64,000 nt of DNA from an uncultured delta proteobacterium (lineage in GTDB: Bacteria > Desulfobacterota > Binatia > JACPRU01): NCBI GenBank assembly GCA_963745025.1, contig CAVUWD010000013.1, positions 256,001-320,000 of the forward strand, in the 5' to 3' direction. The position numbers and the translations under genes were made by a program. This document shows, piece after piece, positions 51,078 to 61,592 of the stretch; the stretch's first letter is position 1, and the number at the start of each line of letters is the position of its first letter. The notes under the pieces were generated by a model. The model worked only from the letters and a program-made list of their open reading frames with translations, searched no databases and was not told the DNA's origin.

Positions 51078-51383
51078 CGGGGCGCAACCGTTGAACTTGA
51101 TGGGCAGTTTAGAGTCCCGCGGGAGGAAACGGTGAGCGCACACACGACCGGGACAGTCGTCCTTCAGGGCTAGACGCAAGCTCCGGCCGGCGCCAATTCG
51201 GCATACCCGTCGTCGCGCTCGTGATCGAGCCGCTCGCCAGCCGACAATCACTCCGTTCCACAGGAACAGCAGCAGGCAGAGCGAAGACAGCGCGATCGCG
51301 TCGGCGGGCGAGACTCCGCGGCTGGCATGGAGCCGGGTCGCTTGATCCCGCGGGGGTGCTCTTCTAGAGCTTGTCCGGCGAAG

Positions 51384-52643
51384 ATGGAAGAGAACCCGCC
51401 GCGTGGCGAAGCCGACCCGCACGACCCGCTCCGTGTGACGATGGTCATTCAGCGGTTTCGGCCGTACTTCTCCGGTCAGGGTGTGCAGCTCGAGGAGCTC
51501 TCTCGCGCGCTCGCCCGCCGCGGCGTCGAGGTCACGGTGGTGACGGCGATGCGCGACGGCGACGCGCCGCGCGCGGAGGCGACCGACGGCTACCGCGTGC
51601 GGCGGCTGCGCTGCGATCTGCTCGGCAACGCCGCGGTCGTTCGCCGGCTGTGGTCACCGACGTTCGCGGTGCGCGCAGCGATCGATTTGCACTCGCGCCG
51701 GCGCGAGATCGACCTCGTGCACGTTCACGGCGTGAACGACGCGCTCTACACTTCGTGGGCGCTCGGGCGCGCGCTCGGCTTTCCGGTGGTCTTCGAGCTC
51801 ACGCTGATGGGCGCCGACGACCCCGCGGCGGTTCGCGCCGCACGGAACCACTTCTCGGCGCTGCGCCATGCGATCTACCGCCGCCAGGACGGCTACGTGG
51901 CGATCTCGCCGCAGCTCGCCGAGGCGGCGCGCGCCGGCGGCGTGCCGGCGGCCCGGTTGCGGACGATCCCGCAGGGCGTCGACCTCGAGCGCCATCGCCC
52001 CTGCGTCGACCGTGCCGCACTTCGGCGAACGCTTGGGCTCGCCGAAGAAGGACCGCTGTTCGTGTTTCTCGGCTCGCTCGTCGAGCGCAAGGGGATCGAC
52101 GTGCTGCTGGCCGCTTGGGAGCGCATCCACGCGCGCGCGCCAGCGGCGCGCCTCGTGCTCGTCGGACGCGATCGTTTCGCCGACGACGCAGCGGCGGAGG
52201 CGTTCCTGCGCCGAGCGCTCGAGAGGTTGCCGGCCTCCGCGGCCGCGGGCGTATCGCGGGTCGGCGTGCGCGACGACGCCGAGCGCTTCCTGCAGGCCGC
52301 CGACGCGTTCCTCTTCCCGTCACGACGCGAAGGCTTCGGCACGGCGATCATCGAAGCGATGGCCTGCGGCTTGCCGTGTGTGGTGGCCGAGCTGCCGGGG
52401 ATCACCGACTTCATTTTCCCCAAGCCGCCGGACGGCGCCGGTGGCGTCGTCGTGCCGCAGGAAGATCCCGCCGCACTCGCCGATGCCGCGCTCGCGCTCC
52501 TCGCCGTGCCGGAGCGAGCCCGCGCGCTCGGCGCCGCCGCCCGCACCCGCGCCGCCGAGCGCTTCGGCATCGACGCCGTCGCCGAGCAGTATCTGTCGCT
52601 CTATGCCGCGCTGCTCGGCAGGCCGGGGGGCGCGCCCCCTTGA
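51384..52643 (+). CDS. GT4 glycosyltransferase
   Basis: IPQGVD, ERKGIDVL and PSRREGFGTAIIEAMACG motifs; start uncertain. Confidence 0.88.
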   Translation: MEENPPRGEADPHDPLRVTMVIQRFRPYFSGQGVQLEELSRALARRGVEVTVVTAMRDGDAPRAEATDGYRVRRLRCDLLGNAAVVRRLWSPTFAVRAAIDLHSRRREIDLVHVHGVNDALYTSWALGRALGFPVVFELTLMGADDPAAVRAARNHFSALRHAIYRRQDGYVAISPQLAEAARAGGVPAARLRTIPQGVDLERHRPCVDRAALRRTLGLAEEGPLFVFLGSLVERKGIDVLLAAWERIHARAPAARLVLVGRDRFADDAAAEAFLRRALERLPASAAAGVSRVGVRDDAERFLQAADAFLFPSRREGFGTAIIEAMACGLPCVVAELPGITDFIFPKPPDGAGGVVVPQEDPAALADAALALLAVPERARALGAAARTRAAERFGIDAVAEQYLSLYAALLGRPGGAPP

Positions 52644-53815
52644 AGATTCTCTACGTCGCCTCGGACATCGCTCTGTCGGCGACGCACGGCGGAGCCGTCC
52701 ACGTGCGTGAGGTGGCCGGCGGTCTCGCCGCGCTCGGCCACTCGGTTCACGCCGTAGTGAAGGGCCTCCCGGGCGAGCAGGCGCGCTCGGTCGAGGCCGG
52801 CTTCGAGGTGCGGCGCGTGCTCCACCACGTTCCGCCGCGCATGCTCCGTCTGCTCGCGCTGCCCGCCGTGGCGCGCGAGGCGCGGGAGCTCGAGCCCGAC
52901 GTCGTCATCGAGCGCTATTACAACTTCGGCGGCGAAGGCGTGCTCTGCGCTGCGCGCCGCGGCATCCCCGTGGTGCTCGAGGTGAACTCGCCGATGGTCG
53001 AGTACGCGGGCTCGCCGAAAGAGCGGCTCGATCGGCTGATCGGCTCTCCGCTGCGGCGCTGGCGGGAGCACCTGGCGCGAAGCGCGGTGGTGTTCGTCAC
53101 CCCGACTGCGGCGATCCTGCCCGAGTTCGTTCCGGCCGAGAAGGTGCACGTGCTGCCCTGGGGCGCGAACACCGATCGCTTCCGGCCCGACGTCGAGCCG
53201 GCGGCGACGCCCCTGCCTGTGGGACGGCCCGTCGTCGCGTTCGTCGGCAGCTTTCGGCCGTGGCACGGCGCGCGCACGCTGGTCGAGGCGGCCACGGTGC
53301 TTCGGCGCCAGGGCCGCCACGCTCCGCTCTTCCTGATGATCGGCGACGGCCCGGAGCGCGCGGAGATCGAGGCGCTGGTGCGCAGTCGCGGCCTCGCCGA
53401 CGACTTCCGGTTCGTCGGCTCGCTCGCGCACGCCGAGGTCCCTGGGTACCTGCGCCGGGCGACGATCGGCGTCGCCCCGTTCGAGACCCGCCGGCACCGC
53501 TACCTGGAGATCGATTTCTACTGGTCGCCGTTCAAGATCCTCGAATACATGGCGATGGCGTTGCCGGTTGTGACGATCGACGTGCCGGCGCTGCGCCGCC
53601 TGGTGCGCCCGGGGATGGAGGGGCTGCTCTATCCCGAAGGCGACGCGACGGCGCTCGCCGACGCGTTCGGCGAGCTGCTCGATTCGCCGGAGCGAGCCCG
53701 CGCTCTAGGGGCTTCGGCCCGGCGGCGCGCCGTCGAGGAATTCTCCTGGCGCGTGCATTGCGCCGCGCTCGACCGCATTCTGCGAGCGCTCGTGCTCGGC
53801 AGCGATCCGTCGTAG
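52640..53815 (+). CDS. GT4 glycosyltransferase
   Basis: TTG start overlapping the previous stop; FVGSFRPWHG and SPFKILEYMAM motifs. Confidence 0.85.
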   Translation: MKILYVASDIALSATHGGAVHVREVAGGLAALGHSVHAVVKGLPGEQARSVEAGFEVRRVLHHVPPRMLRLLALPAVAREARELEPDVVIERYYNFGGEGVLCAARRGIPVVLEVNSPMVEYAGSPKERLDRLIGSPLRRWREHLARSAVVFVTPTAAILPEFVPAEKVHVLPWGANTDRFRPDVEPAATPLPVGRPVVAFVGSFRPWHGARTLVEAATVLRRQGRHAPLFLMIGDGPERAEIEALVRSRGLADDFRFVGSLAHAEVPGYLRRATIGVAPFETRRHRYLEIDFYWSPFKILEYMAMALPVVTIDVPALRRLVRPGMEGLLYPEGDATALADAFGELLDSPERARALGASARRRAVEEFSWRVHCAALDRILRALVLGSDPS

Positions 53816-53966
53816 GCTGAGGTGCAAAATCCAGCCGCGGTCGGATTGGCAGGTCCCCCGCGGCTGCGCGAGCTCGGATCGCGTCCGTCACGGTGACGAC
53901 GCCATCGATGCCGGCCTCGCGGCACGCCTTGCGGGCTTCGTCGCCGGGAACTTCGGTCGTCACCAT

Positions 53967-54125
53967 CTACTCGCTGAGTACGAAGCCCAGGCGCCTCATG
54001 CGTTCCTGATGCGAGACGTACGGCCAATTCGGGATCGACACCGCGAGCAACACGCTGACGGCGCCGTCCGCGAGGCCTCGAAGGCCCCGCGCGAGGATCA
54101 GACGGCGACCATCATCGTGAGCACT
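53967..54125 (-). pseudogene. possible MFS transporter N-terminal remnant fused to an unrelated tail
   Basis: DGRRLILARGLRGLADGAVSVLLA resembles the first TM of an MFS family, then ends within about 25 aa. Confidence 0.35.
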
Positions 54126-54150
54126 TGCCCGAGCGGGCATCGACCGGTCG

Positions 54151-55548
54151 CTAACGGAATTCCATCTCACGCACGTCGGAGGCCACCTGCAGCGGGGCGG
54201 CCGTCGCGCGCCGTACGTCGTCGACGCTGACTCCGGGTGCGACTTCGCGAAGCACGAACCCGCTGCCGCGGACGATCTCGATCAGCGCGAGGTTCGTCAC
54301 CACCTTGGAGACGCAAGCGAGCGCGGTGATCGGATACGTGCACTCGGCTACCAGCTTCGACTCGCCGTTCTTCGACGTGTGATACATGAGTACGATGACC
54401 TCGCCGCCGCCCGCAGCGAGATCCATCGCGCCGCCGATCGTCCCGGCGCGCTGATGCGGCGCCTTCCAGTTGGCGAGGTCGCCGTTGCCCGCGACCTGAA
54501 AGCCGCCGAGCACGATCTTCGCGACGTGCCCGCCGCGCGCCATCGCGAACGAGTCCGCCGAATGGAAGAACGACGCGCCAGGCAGCGTGGTGACCAGCTG
54601 GCCCCCGGCGTTGTAGAGATCGACGTTTTCTCGGCCGGGCTCGGGGAAAGGGCCGTAACCGAGGACTCCATTTTCGGCGTGCAGCACGACGCCTCTCCCG
54701 TGGACGTAGTTCGAGCATTGCGTGGGCAACCCGATGCCCAGGTTCACGACGTCTCCCTCGTGGAAGAGCGCCGCCGCCCGCATCGCCATCAGGTCGGCGG
54801 GGATGCCCGGCAGACCAGCCGCTTCGGGCGCCTGGCGACCCAACTTGCGGATCATCTCGATGAGCTCCGAACGCTCCATCCGGACGGTGGCGCGAAACAC
54901 GCGATCGACGAAGATTCCGGGCGTGACGACCGCCTCGGGGTCTAGATCACCGAGGGCGACGATCTCGTCCACTTCCGCGATCGTCCGCTTGGCGCCCATC
55001 GCCCAGATGGGATTGAAGTTTCGACTGCCTCCCCGAAAGACCAAGTTCCCCGCGGGATCCGCCGCGGCGGCGCGCACCAAAGCCACGTCAGCCCGGATCG
55101 CGCGCTCGAAGACCACCCGGCGGCCATCGATCTCACGGACTTCCTTGCCACGCTCGATCTCCGTACCGACGCCCGTCGGGGTGTAGAACCCGGCGATCCC
55201 GGATCCGCCGGCGCGCACGCGCTCGACCAGCGTACCCTGCGGCACGAGCTCGAACTCGACCTCGCCGCGGCCGATCATCTCCTCGGCCGGCGTCAAGCGG
55301 TAGGGAAAGCCGCCGAAGGACGCCACCAGCTTGGCGACTTGCCCGTTCTCGAAGAGGATCTGGGGCGAGGACGGACCGAAGCCCGGAGTGTTTGCGATCA
55401 GCGTGAGCTTGCGCGTGCCGCGATCGCGAAGCGCCTCGATGGCGCTCGAGGGCCAGCCCTGGAGCACCCCGAAGCCACCGATCGACACGATGGCGCCGTC
55501 TTCGATTCCCTCGACCGCGAGCGCTGGGGATTCAACGACCTTGTTCAT
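54151..55548 (-). CDS. 3-oxoacid CoA-transferase, fused A and B subunits
   Basis: IGGFG, PQGTLVERVRAGG, RNFNP, VNLGIGLP, catalytic AENG and IGGAMDL motifs. Confidence 0.88.
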   Translation of the reverse strand: MNKVVESPALAVEGIEDGAIVSIGGFGVLQGWPSSAIEALRDRGTRKLTLIANTPGFGPSSPQILFENGQVAKLVASFGGFPYRLTPAEEMIGRGEVEFELVPQGTLVERVRAGGSGIAGFYTPTGVGTEIERGKEVREIDGRRVVFERAIRADVALVRAAAADPAGNLVFRGGSRNFNPIWAMGAKRTIAEVDEIVALGDLDPEAVVTPGIFVDRVFRATVRMERSELIEMIRKLGRQAPEAAGLPGIPADLMAMRAAALFHEGDVVNLGIGLPTQCSNYVHGRGVVLHAENGVLGYGPFPEPGRENVDLYNAGGQLVTTLPGASFFHSADSFAMARGGHVAKIVLGGFQVAGNGDLANWKAPHQRAGTIGGAMDLAAGGGEVIVLMYHTSKNGESKLVAECTYPITALACVSKVVTNLALIEIVRGSGFVLREVAPGVSVDDVRRATAAPLQVASDVREMEFR

Positions 55549-55647
55549 GATAGCAGACCCTCGGAGCGGCAACCGAAACGTCGTCGGCCTACTGAAGTAT
55601 CGTATCTCATATCTTGGTGTGGAAGTGAGACATCGTGCCCTACTAGC

Positions 55648-56289
55648 TCATTCCGCGTCCGGCTGCACTTCGGGGCGCGCCTTGGCGAAGGCGGGCAGGC
55701 TCTCGAGAGATTCGCTCACGCGGACCAGCACGGGATACGGAGCGAGATCCACCGCGAAGCGCCGCGCGTTGTAGACCTGCGGCACCAGGCAGACGTCGGC
55801 CAGGGTGACCGCGTCGCCGAAGCAATGCCTGCCGTCCCCCGTATGCTTGCCGATCGATTGCTCGAGCGCCCGGAAGCCTTCGGCAATCCAGTGCCGGTAC
55901 CAGAGGCTCGTCGCGTCCTCGTTCTGCCCCATCTGCGACTTGAGATAGTCGAGCACGCGCAGATTGTTCAATGGGTGCATGTCGCAGGCGATCGCCTGCG
56001 ACATGGCGCGCACCCGCGCGCGATCCGCCGGACTCGCTGGGAGCAGGCGCGGCGTCTCCGGGTAAGCTTCCTCGAGGTACTCGAGGATCGCCAGCGACTG
56101 GGAAACCACGACGCCATCGTCGTCGAGCGCCGGGATCAATCCCTGGGGATTGACCGCCAGGTACTCGGGCTTCCGGTGCTCGCCGCAGCGCAAGTGCTTG
56201 GCTACGTACTCGTACGCGAGGCCCTTCACTTCGAGCGCGATGCGCACGCGGTAGGCGGCGGAGCTGCGGAAATAGGAATAGAGCTTCAT
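55648..56289 (-). CDS. maiA: maleylacetoacetate/maleylpyruvate isomerase (GST zeta)
   Basis: YFRSSAAYRVRIAL, NPQGLIPAL, QSLAILEYL and CDMHPLNNLRVL motifs. Confidence 0.9.
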   Translation of the reverse strand: MKLYSYFRSSAAYRVRIALEVKGLAYEYVAKHLRCGEHRKPEYLAVNPQGLIPALDDDGVVVSQSLAILEYLEEAYPETPRLLPASPADRARVRAMSQAIACDMHPLNNLRVLDYLKSQMGQNEDATSLWYRHWIAEGFRALEQSIGKHTGDGRHCFGDAVTLADVCLVPQVYNARRFAVDLAPYPVLVRVSESLESLPAFAKARPEVQPDAE

Positions 56290-56315
56290 CGTCCTCTCGT
56301 CGGCGGAAGCAGGTT

Positions 56316-57014
56316 TCAGCCTGTCCCGGCTTGGATCGTCGTCACAAGCGTGTCGAGGCCTTCGACTGCGCCCTCCATGCGGTCGCCGGGCTTGACCGGG
56401 CCGACGCCGGCGGGCGTTCCGGTGTAGATGAGGTCGCCCGGCGCCAGCTCGAACAGGGCCGACAGCTCGGCGATCAGCTCGGGTACGCCCCAGATCAGCT
56501 CGCGGACGTCCGCCTTCTGACGGATCTCGCCGTTGACCGCGAGCCAGATCGCGCCGCTTGCGACGTGCCCGCCGTCGGCGACGGGCCGGATGGCGGTGAT
56601 CGCCGCCGAACGATCGAACGCCTTGCCCGTGTCCCAGGGGCGGCCCTTGTCTCGTGCCTCGAGCTGCAGATCGCGCCGGGTCAGATCGTTTCCCACCGCA
56701 TAGCCGTAGACGTGATCCAGCGCTCGAGCAACCGCAACGTCACGACCGGGCGCACCGAGGGCGACCACCAGTTCGATCTCGTGGTGGAGGTTCCTGGTGC
56801 GCGTCGGGTAGGGGATCGTCGCGTGGTTCGCGACGATCGCGTCCGGCGGCTTGGTGAAGAAGAACGGCGGCTCGCGCGTCGGGTCCTTGCCCATCTCGCG
56901 GGCGTGCGCCTCGTAATTGCGCCCGACGCAGTAGATGCGATGCACGGGAAATCGCTCGCTCCGACCCTTCACCTCGACGGAGGGCCGCTGCGGCGGCGTG
57001 AAGACGTATGCCAT
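56316..57014 (-). CDS. fumarylacetoacetate hydrolase family (fumarylpyruvate hydrolase-like)
   Basis: RIYCVGRNY, PFFFTKP, HHEIEL, DLTRRDLQ, KAFD and GDLIYTGTPAGVG motifs. Confidence 0.88.
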   Translation of the reverse strand: MAYVFTPPQRPSVEVKGRSERFPVHRIYCVGRNYEAHAREMGKDPTREPPFFFTKPPDAIVANHATIPYPTRTRNLHHEIELVVALGAPGRDVAVARALDHVYGYAVGNDLTRRDLQLEARDKGRPWDTGKAFDRSAAITAIRPVADGGHVASGAIWLAVNGEIRQKADVRELIWGVPELIAELSALFELAPGDLIYTGTPAGVGPVKPGDRMEGAVEGLDTLVTTIQAGTG

Positions 57015-57029
57015 CCCTGTCTCCTCTCG

Positions 57030-58457
57030 CTACTGCGCTCTGAGGTCCTTCACCCGCTTCGCCTTGAACTCGGTCTTCGGCAGCGAGCCGGGTGCGACGA
57101 TCTCCACCACCGGACGGAGTTCGCAGCGCGAGACGATCTCCGACTCGACCGCGCGGCGCAGCGCTTCGCAGCGGCCGCCATCGAGCGCGGCGCCGGGCTC
57201 CACGAGCACGGTCAACACGTCGAGCTCTCGTACACGCGTGACGCGGATCTCGAACTCGTCTCCGGCCTCGGGGACGCGGCGGATCGCATCTTCGATGTTG
57301 CTCGGGAAAAGCGTTACGCCGCGCACGTTCAGCATCTCGTCGGCGCGTCCGAGGAAGCCGCCGAGCGCCCGCGGATGGCTCCGACCGCACGCGCAGCGTC
57401 CTCCCTGAAGGACGGTGAAGTCGCCGACCAGGAAGCGGAGCTGCGGCGAGGCCTCGGAGATCAGGTTGGTCGCGACCGAGAGCCCGCGTTGTCCCTCGGG
57501 CACCGGACGGAGCGTATCGGGATCGACGGTCTCCCAGATGTGAGCGTCGGCCATCAGGTGCGTGGCGACCGAACCCTGCTTGGCCCGGGCGATTGCGCTG
57601 CAGGTGTAGCCGCCGCCCGCCGGGGCCGCCTCGGTGCAGCCGTAGAACTCGTGCAGCTCGGCATTCCATGTCCTCTCGAGGCGCTCGCGCGTCGCGGGGA
57701 CACCGAAGCCCGGCTCGCCGGCACAGAAGAGGAAGCGCACCGCCGTCGCGGCCGGGTCGATCCCCGTCTCGCGCATCACTCCGGCGAGATACAGAGCGTA
57801 GGAGGGCGTACAGCAGAGAATCGTCGGCGCATAGTCGTGGATGAAACGAGCGCGAGTCCGCGTGTCGAGACCGCCGCCGGTGACGATCGGGATGCCCATC
57901 AAGTTGAGCGCGTAGTGGACCCCCCAGAGCCACACGTGCGGCCCGTAGCCGAAGGCGAGCAGCGCCGAATCGCGACCCGGCCGGAATCCCATGGCCCACA
58001 TCGCCCGCGCGTTCACCCACGCCCACATGCGGCGATCGAACTGCGTGTAGCGGAAGAGCCGTGGGCGCGACGTGGTGCCGGAGCTGGCGAACGTCTGCCA
58101 GCCGCTCTCGCGCCAGCGCCGGTCGTCGACGGACGTGTACGTTCCCCACGGCGGATTCGCCGCCACGTCTTCGGCCATCTCCTGCTTCGTCGTGACCGGG
58201 ATCTTCACGAGGTCGTCGAGCCCGCGGATGTCACCGGGTTCGAGGCCGATCGCATCGAACTTTCGGCGGTAGAAGGGGATGCATTCGTAGACGAACCGCA
58301 CGGCCACGACGAGCTTCTCGCTCTGAATGGAGCGGATCTCGTCCGCCGACGCGAAGTCGAGCGCGGGCGACCACGCATCGGCGGAACCGGGCCGTTCGAG
58401 ATCCTGCTGGAACCGGACGATCGTTCCGAGCCACGCGTTGCGGATCGAGTCCGTCAT
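57030..58457 (-). CDS. phenylacetate-CoA ligase family protein
   Basis: IPFYRRK, SSGTT, FGYG, TPSYAL, AGEPG, YGCTE and GRADEMLNVRGV motifs. Confidence 0.85.
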   Translation of the reverse strand: MTDSIRNAWLGTIVRFQQDLERPGSADAWSPALDFASADEIRSIQSEKLVVAVRFVYECIPFYRRKFDAIGLEPGDIRGLDDLVKIPVTTKQEMAEDVAANPPWGTYTSVDDRRWRESGWQTFASSGTTSRPRLFRYTQFDRRMWAWVNARAMWAMGFRPGRDSALLAFGYGPHVWLWGVHYALNLMGIPIVTGGGLDTRTRARFIHDYAPTILCCTPSYALYLAGVMRETGIDPAATAVRFLFCAGEPGFGVPATRERLERTWNAELHEFYGCTEAAPAGGGYTCSAIARAKQGSVATHLMADAHIWETVDPDTLRPVPEGQRGLSVATNLISEASPQLRFLVGDFTVLQGGRCACGRSHPRALGGFLGRADEMLNVRGVTLFPSNIEDAIRRVPEAGDEFEIRVTRVRELDVLTVLVEPGAALDGGRCEALRRAVESEIVSRCELRPVVEIVAPGSLPKTEFKAKRVKDLRAQ

Positions 58458-59566
58458 CCCCAGATGGCCCGCGCGCCGGCCACCACGAGACCGAGCTTCG
58501 CGCGCATGTCCGCCTCGCTGACGGGATTGCCGGCGACCGTGCTGGCGAAGCCGCACTGTGGGCTGAGCGCGAGGCGATCGCCGTCGACGTACCGCGCGGC
58601 CTCCGTCGCCCGGCGCTTCAGCAGGTCGATGGGCTCGAGCGCGGCGACCTTGGAGCTGACCATGCCGAGAACCACACCCTTGTCCTTCGGCACGAAGCGC
58701 AACGGCGCGAAGCCGCCTGCGCGCGCCGTGTCGTACTCGAGTAGAAAATGGTCGACGTTCGCCCGCTGGAAGAGCGCCTCCGCGACCGAGTCATAGCCGC
58801 CCTCGGAGAGGTACAAGCCTTTGTAGTTGCCGCGGCACATGTGGACGCCGATGACGAGGTCCGCGGGACGGTTGGCGACGGCCTGATTGATCGCGTCGAC
58901 GTAGAGCTCGACGAGCGAGTCGGGGTCCTGCCCCCCTGCCGCCACCGTATCGCGCACGGCCGGGTCGCAGAGCATCGCCAGCGGTACCTCGTCGAGCTGC
59001 ACGTACTGGGCCCCGGCGGCCGCGAGCGCAGCGATCTCCTGTCGGTAGACTTCGGCGAGGTCGGCGAAGAACTTCTGCGCGGTTTCGTAAACGCCAGGAT
59101 CGGCATACTGCGCTCCGCGGTAGAAGTGCAGGGTCGACGGCGATGGTAACGTGACCTTCGTGATCGCTCGGGTTAGGCCTCGGACGAACGCGACTTCGTC
59201 GACCGCGATCGGCTGCCCGCGACGGACCTTGCCGGTCACGTGCGGCCCAGTGAAGTCGAGTACACGGCCCTGGTCGTCGCGAAAGGTGAACACCGCCGGC
59301 TTGACGGCCAGGCCTTCCGTGAGCTCGACGAACCGGCCCCAGTACGAACCGCGTCGGAACTCGCCGTCGTTCACGACTTCGAGGCCGACGTCCTCTTGGA
59401 GCTTGACGATGTCGCGGATCGCGGCGTCCTGAATGGAGTGAAACTCCTCGCGGCCGAGCTTCCCGGCGTTGAAGTCGCGAAACGCTTGGCGGAGCGTCGC
59501 CGGACGGAGAAGGCTGCCGATGTGGTCGGCACGAACGGGCGGACGGCCGTGGGTCGCTGACACCAT
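58454..59566 (-). CDS. cobalamin-independent methionine synthase II-like (MetE catalytic-domain-only) zinc protein
   Basis: RADHIGSLLRP, DGEFRR, QLDE, HMCRGN, LEYD and LSPQCGFAS motifs. Confidence 0.88.
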   Translation of the reverse strand: MVSATHGRPPVRADHIGSLLRPATLRQAFRDFNAGKLGREEFHSIQDAAIRDIVKLQEDVGLEVVNDGEFRRGSYWGRFVELTEGLAVKPAVFTFRDDQGRVLDFTGPHVTGKVRRGQPIAVDEVAFVRGLTRAITKVTLPSPSTLHFYRGAQYADPGVYETAQKFFADLAEVYRQEIAALAAAGAQYVQLDEVPLAMLCDPAVRDTVAAGGQDPDSLVELYVDAINQAVANRPADLVIGVHMCRGNYKGLYLSEGGYDSVAEALFQRANVDHFLLEYDTARAGGFAPLRFVPKDKGVVLGMVSSKVAALEPIDLLKRRATEAARYVDGDRLALSPQCGFASTVAGNPVSEADMRAKLGLVVAGARAIWG

Positions 59567-59569
59567 CGC

Positions 59570-60490
59570 TCAAGCCGCTCTGTTCGGGGACGTTCCGCTC
59601 TTGCTTCCCTCGCCGTTCCTGGCGGTTTTCGATGCAGGCGAAGCGCCCGTGAAACGTTCGTCTTGCTCGACGATCTCGGCGACCCGTTTCTCCGCGGCAG
59701 GGCCGAGCCCGCGGAAGAGCTCTGCGAAGAGAGCGCGCGCTTCTCGCCGCGGCCAATCGGCAGGCAGGAACGCGTCGGGGAGGTCCGGATCGACGCGCGG
59801 GAATTTCCGCCATTCGTCCATGACCCGCGTGCGCATCACGAGCGCCTCGCGAGCCGTGATCCTGCCGGCGCGCATCCGCGCCCGCACCGGCCGAAACCGT
59901 TCGAGGTAGCGGACGTACGACTCGCGGAGCGAATCGAGATCCCAAGCTTCCCGGAAATCGCCGGGCCTCGAGCCCCAGCTCGGCACGATGCCCTTGAACA
60001 CGGTCATATTGTGGATGCCGAGATCGTCGAGGGCCTTCGCCGCCTCCTCGAGATGGGGATGGGGCGAGATCCACAGCCCCGGATAGAGCGGCCCGAAGCC
60101 CAGCCAGCGAAGCCGGGTGCGCAGCAGGTGGCGACGGTCGCGATTCGCCTCGGCCACCGAGAACGCCACCACCGACCACGTCCCGTCCCATCGCGCCTGC
60201 TCCAGACCGAAGCGAAAGATCCGCTTCGCGCCCTCGTCGAGGAGCGCAAGGCCCCGGTTCGTGAGGCCGTACGAGGTCCGGCGCCCTCGGCGCGATCGCG
60301 CGAGAAGGCCCCGCCGGACGAGTCGGCTGAGCGCGGAGCGAGCGCCGTTCGCGCTCACGCCGAACTCGGCGAGCAGACGCAGGAGCGCGGTCGAGGGGAT
60401 GTGCTCGGTTTTCCCGCGCCAGTGGTCGCCGAGCAGCGTGACGAGGAGTCGTTGCGGCTTCGCGCGCGGCCGGTCGTCGGCTCTCTTCAT
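59570..60490 (-). CDS. PaaX-family transcriptional regulator
   Basis: LVTLLGD, RSALSRL wHTH, WDGTW, LGFG and FPRVDPDLP...LPADWP motifs. Confidence 0.88.
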   Translation of the reverse strand: MKRADDRPRAKPQRLLVTLLGDHWRGKTEHIPSTALLRLLAEFGVSANGARSALSRLVRRGLLARSRRGRRTSYGLTNRGLALLDEGAKRIFRFGLEQARWDGTWSVVAFSVAEANRDRRHLLRTRLRWLGFGPLYPGLWISPHPHLEEAAKALDDLGIHNMTVFKGIVPSWGSRPGDFREAWDLDSLRESYVRYLERFRPVRARMRAGRITAREALVMRTRVMDEWRKFPRVDPDLPDAFLPADWPRREARALFAELFRGLGPAAEKRVAEIVEQDERFTGASPASKTARNGEGSKSGTSPNRAA

Positions 60491-61560
60491 CGCGGTTGGA
60501 ACCGCTCGCGGATCTTCTGCGGCTCGTCGAGCCGCGCTTCCCGAAAGAGCGCGAGTCGCTCGAGGAGCGGGCGATCGTCGATCGTGAAGAGGTCCGCGGG
60601 CTCGGCGGCCTGGTGTTCGACGGCCGCCCACGAAGGAGCGACGAACGAATCGCCGGTTGCCCACTCGAGCTCGACGCCGTCGACGACCGAGACGCCGCGA
60701 CCGCGGAAGACCACGTACACGGAGCTGCCGACTTTGCGGACGGGCCGTGTGCGCCGGCCCTCGAGAAGCCGCGTCATCTCGCAGCCGAGGGTCGGCAGCG
60801 CGGCCTCGCCCGTCAGCGGATTCACGTAGCGAAGCGTCGCCATCGGTTCGCGGCTCTCCGTAAGCAGCGCGGCGAGCGACGCGTCGGTGTCTCGCCAGCG
60901 GTAGACGAGCAGGGAGTGCGGCGCCTCGTGTCGCGCGTCCGCCGGGATCGTGGCGCGGCCGCCAACCGCGCGCTCGGAGACGTTCCGACCGCGCACGGCT
61001 TGCGCCGCGTCGGGGTGGGGCTCGAAGAACACGGCGTCGAGCGCGATCACGGTGGGCATGTCGAGACCATCGAACCAAATCATCGGCCGGTCGCTCCCGT
61101 TCTTGTGATCGTGCCAGCACCAGCTCGGCGTGAGGACGAGGTCGCCGGGCGCCATGTCGCACGCGTCGCCGTCGACGGTCGTCCACGCGCCTTCGCCCTC
61201 CATCACGAAGCGAATCGCACCCGGCGAGTGCCGGTGGGCGGGGGCGGATTCCCCGGGGCCGAGGTACTGAAACGCTCCCCAGAGCGTGGAGGTCGCGAAC
61301 GGCAACCCGCCGAGGCCCGGGTTGGAGAGCGAAAGCACTCGCCGCTCACCGCCTCGTTCGATCGGAACCAGCCGGCCGGCGCGCTCGCAAAGCCGGCGCA
61401 CGGCTTGCCACTTCCAGAGCCAGGGCCGCGTGGCGGGCGTGGGCTCGTCGGGCATCAGATTCCGTGTCTGCGTCCAGAGCGGCTGCAGATCCAGCGCGGC
61501 GACGTCCGCGTAGAAACGATCGAGCTCGCGCTCGTGATCCGTGGCGGAAACCAAGCCCAT
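60487..61560 (-). CDS. gentisate 1,2-dioxygenase-like bicupin ring-cleavage dioxygenase
   Basis: GERRVL-NPGL, APAHRH, AIRFV, GDLVLTPSWCWHDH, DGLD and YVNPLTG motifs. Confidence 0.85.
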   Translation of the reverse strand: MGLVSATDHERELDRFYADVAALDLQPLWTQTRNLMPDEPTPATRPWLWKWQAVRRLCERAGRLVPIERGGERRVLSLSNPGLGGLPFATSTLWGAFQYLGPGESAPAHRHSPGAIRFVMEGEGAWTTVDGDACDMAPGDLVLTPSWCWHDHKNGSDRPMIWFDGLDMPTVIALDAVFFEPHPDAAQAVRGRNVSERAVGGRATIPADARHEAPHSLLVYRWRDTDASLAALLTESREPMATLRYVNPLTGEAALPTLGCEMTRLLEGRRTRPVRKVGSSVYVVFRGRGVSVVDGVELEWATGDSFVAPSWAAVEHQAAEPADLFTIDDRPLLERLALFREARLDEPQKIRERFQPR

Positions 61561-61592
61561 CCTACCAATTTATCCCACTTCTCGGTGAGGGT

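Noticed and set aside
53816-53966. Short minus-strand reading MVTTEVPGDEARKAC...
   Set aside because: No recognisable family and it overlaps the GT4 3' end; cannot be supported as a gene
56331-58796. 821-aa plus-strand ORF and other long antisense ORFs
   Set aside because: Antisense to well-supported genes, with no recognisable motifs; expected from high-GC codon bias
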